This document shows positions 61,482-64,000 of a stretch of DNA of 64,000 nucleotides, one piece after another. Within the stretch, counting starts at the first letter, position 1. Each line of letters starts with the position of its first letter. The notes under the pieces are model-generated. The model ran no database searches. It saw only the letters and a program-made list of their open reading frames with translations, and was not told the origin of the DNA. The position numbers were made by a program, and so were the translations under genes. The stretch is from Pseudogymnoascus verrucosus. Lineage: Eukaryota. The DNA lies in the NCBI GenBank assembly GCA_001662655.1, contig KV460226.1. The stretch is one strand, 5' to 3'.

Positions 61482-63748
61482 CTACACGGCCCCAAACCCC
61501 CAATTACCCTCGACATCCGTGTTAGCGAGGCTATCAAACACCCTAATATCTGAGTCCCTAAACTGCCACTCTGACAACCCCCCATCAATACCTGTCTCAT
61601 CCATCCCCGGAAACTGCGTGCTCGCAAATGATAGCACAGGTGCCGGCACCATATTCTCCCCCATGCCTGGCATACCAAGCCAGGCCGGAGGTCGTGGCGT
61701 CGGCTCGTTAGACTCCTTAGATAACGAGGCCGGCGTGATTGGCGACTGCTTCTCGACGTTCGCAGCCTGTGCTCCCGATACGAGCGTGAGGACGCCAAAG
61801 TAGGGAATCTTGAGGCGTAGGTTGCCTGTTAGCCCGTTTAGGTCCGTCGAGATGAGGGTTTTGAGGACATCTGCGCACTGCTTGCCGAGGGCGAAGCTGC
61901 ATGCAAAGGCCGTGTTCTCGAGGGATTTGATGAGGTCGTCTACCATGCCGCGGTCTTGGTCACGCTGGGTCGGGTCAAGGATGCCCTGGCTTGGTGTTCC
62001 CATGAGCCCGAGGAGGATGATGATGGCGGACATGAAGGCTTGGAAGTCAACGATGTGGCATATGAACGGCTGATCCTCACACTTCCGCAGTAACAGCCAT
62101 CGCTGTATTAATTCCCGACAGGCGTTAAGGCAACAGATCTTGGAGTAGTCGTAGCGTCTGTCGGTGGCTGAGCGAAGCATGAATGGTAAATGCACGAGGG
62201 TCTCAATCTGATAGTGCCATAGCTGGCCGAGTAGGCGGTCCATCTCCTTCGTTACACCGTTAGAGTTCATTTTCTTCATGTACTCTTGAGTTGTTGGCAC
62301 GTGCCACCAACATGGAAGCATGGTCTGCTTCAAGGTTTCGAGTGCTTCGTCAATCTGCTGCGTCTCGGCGTAGGCGTTGGATTCACCGGAGGAATTGCGT
62401 TCGATGACACGGAGGGCAATGGTGCTGAGTTCCTTAATGTACAATTCTTCCTTGCTCAAGGAATCATATGCACCCTCTGGTTGCCCTGCGTAGGGGTCTT
62501 TGGCAACGGCTGGTGGTAGGCCGAGGAGCAAGGTTCTGGCATAGAGTTAGAGGCCGCGAGGAAATGACAGCATATATACCACTTACAAATAAACGTCGCC
62601 TTTCAAAAGGTGATAATAAATGTAGCTGCGGTGGATATCTTCTGGAGATAAAGGCATTGTGCTATCACGCTTGTTTTTGGCTGGGGACCGGTGGAGGCCC
62701 ATTAGCTGTGCGATATTCAATGCCCGACGAAAGCTGAGCCATGCCCTCCGTAGATTTCCCACATTGATCTGGAAGCCTCCAAGCAAGATGAGACACTCGA
62801 GACCTTCCACATTTCCAACAAGTTCGTCGTCAGAGGTCACGATATTCGTGATGATTGTCAGGCACTTCTCCATCCATGCAGAAGGCGTCGGCATTTCCAG
62901 GGCTTTCAATTTAGACCCTTCTGATGATTGCTGGACACAGAGGCAGAGTGCAAGCAGGTGCCTTGCTATAGCTGCTGGGTGCCATGCCCGGACTTCCTCC
63001 ACCCCAACGGTAGGGATTCCGTAGGGCCTGTCCCCGGTTTGAATGGTAAGTTGTGATAAATACTTATTCAGATACCACCACTCGTTGGCACGGCTTGTCA
63101 GGAGATCACAATCTGCCTGAGAGGGAAGAAGGCGGTACAAGGTACGACGAACGGTGTCTATCTTGTTACACGTATCCATCGATGAGCAGCTGGTTGTGGA
63201 GCCCGGGGTAGGCATTTGCCGCACATGCTGTGGAACAGGAGGCCGGCTCAACTATTACCGTTAATTTCTATTATAAGGAGACAGACAAATCTGGAACTTA
63301 CAACACTATTGTCGAAGAGAGACATAATCGGGGCGTTTCCATACTCGGTATGGCCGCCCTCGTCAGTCGGCACAATCACATCGATACCAATGCATGATGC
63401 GGAGGCTTCTAGATTGTCCGCCGCTTCTTCAGCAGGAGTAGATCTATCGATGCTCGGCGAGACCTTTGTTATCAGCTTCTCCAACAGCTCTTCGACCCTG
63501 CCAAGCCGGTGGCCAAGTCCAGTATTATTTGAACTTGAGCGCTCAGCATCATCGAGGAACTCTTGAGAAACGCATGATGTGCCTCTGTCTAGACATCCTT
63601 TGCATGTGGGCTCACTATCGTCGCCAAATATGCACCTGATTTTCCTACGCTTGCACTCCCAGCAACTTCGCGTCCCTTTTCTTACTCTTCGAACTCTCTT
63701 GTCACGGTGCTCGTCATTGCCATCGTTGGATATGTGCGACGGCGACAT
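61482..63748 (-). CDS. Zn(II)2Cys6 fungal transcription factor, ~721 aa
   Basis: Exons 63748-63302, 63251-62587 and 62535-61482. RKGTRSCWECKRRKIRC..C..C..C cluster; middle homology region GNLRRAWLSFRRALNIAQLMGLH. Confidence 0.93.
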
Positions 63749-64000
63749 CGTGACACAGGCGAGATTTCCTTCAGCCTTATACAGAGAAATTTGTAAACAC
63801 TGACAGGCTCATATCTTTAATTCTGTGCAGCATGCGCCTGGTTGTCTTGAATTGTCATCATCATTGTGATATGTCAGCTTGTCCGCCGTGATTCGGCCGA
63901 ATTAGCCCGGTTTTGTGGAGTTCTCAAAAATCCCGTCAAATTTTGACCATATCAGATAGAACAGAGAGAACATGACATGAGAAACAATATGAAATTTAAC

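Overview
Eukaryotic, intron-containing DNA from a filamentous ascomycete (Pezizomycotina; Leotiomycete-like by gene style, which is inference). I built about 26 spliced gene models by hand from GT..AG sites, CTRAY branch points and frame continuity. Positions ~1-12.2 kb look accessory: a C->T-eroded gene relic, an HRH-motif hypothetical protein, a LYC1-type GNAT, a HeLo-like/ubiquitin-like/Zn-ribbon/ankyrin protein, a tiny secreted 8-Cys peptide flanked by repeats and a miniature inverted repeat, and an FAD monooxygenase. Positions ~12.7-61 kb are mostly compact housekeeping genes (TRAPPC13, SET, RNR1, RHO1, MRPL40, ALG14, CHY/RING E3, MZT1, GFA, ELP1, DENN, KH protein, ILV6, Tag1-like, ARG3, MPP10, NDUFS7), interrupted by a tandem pair of DUF7918-like paralogs. 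A Zn2Cys6 transcription factor lies at the right end. The best novelty candidates are the NOD-less HeLo-like/ankyrin gene with its neighbouring defensin-like peptide, a poison splice acceptor in the KH gene, and a recurrent C-rich to G-rich strand skew within genes. No tRNA, rRNA, CRISPR array or intact transposon was recognised. Family names are from motif recognition and recall, not database searches.
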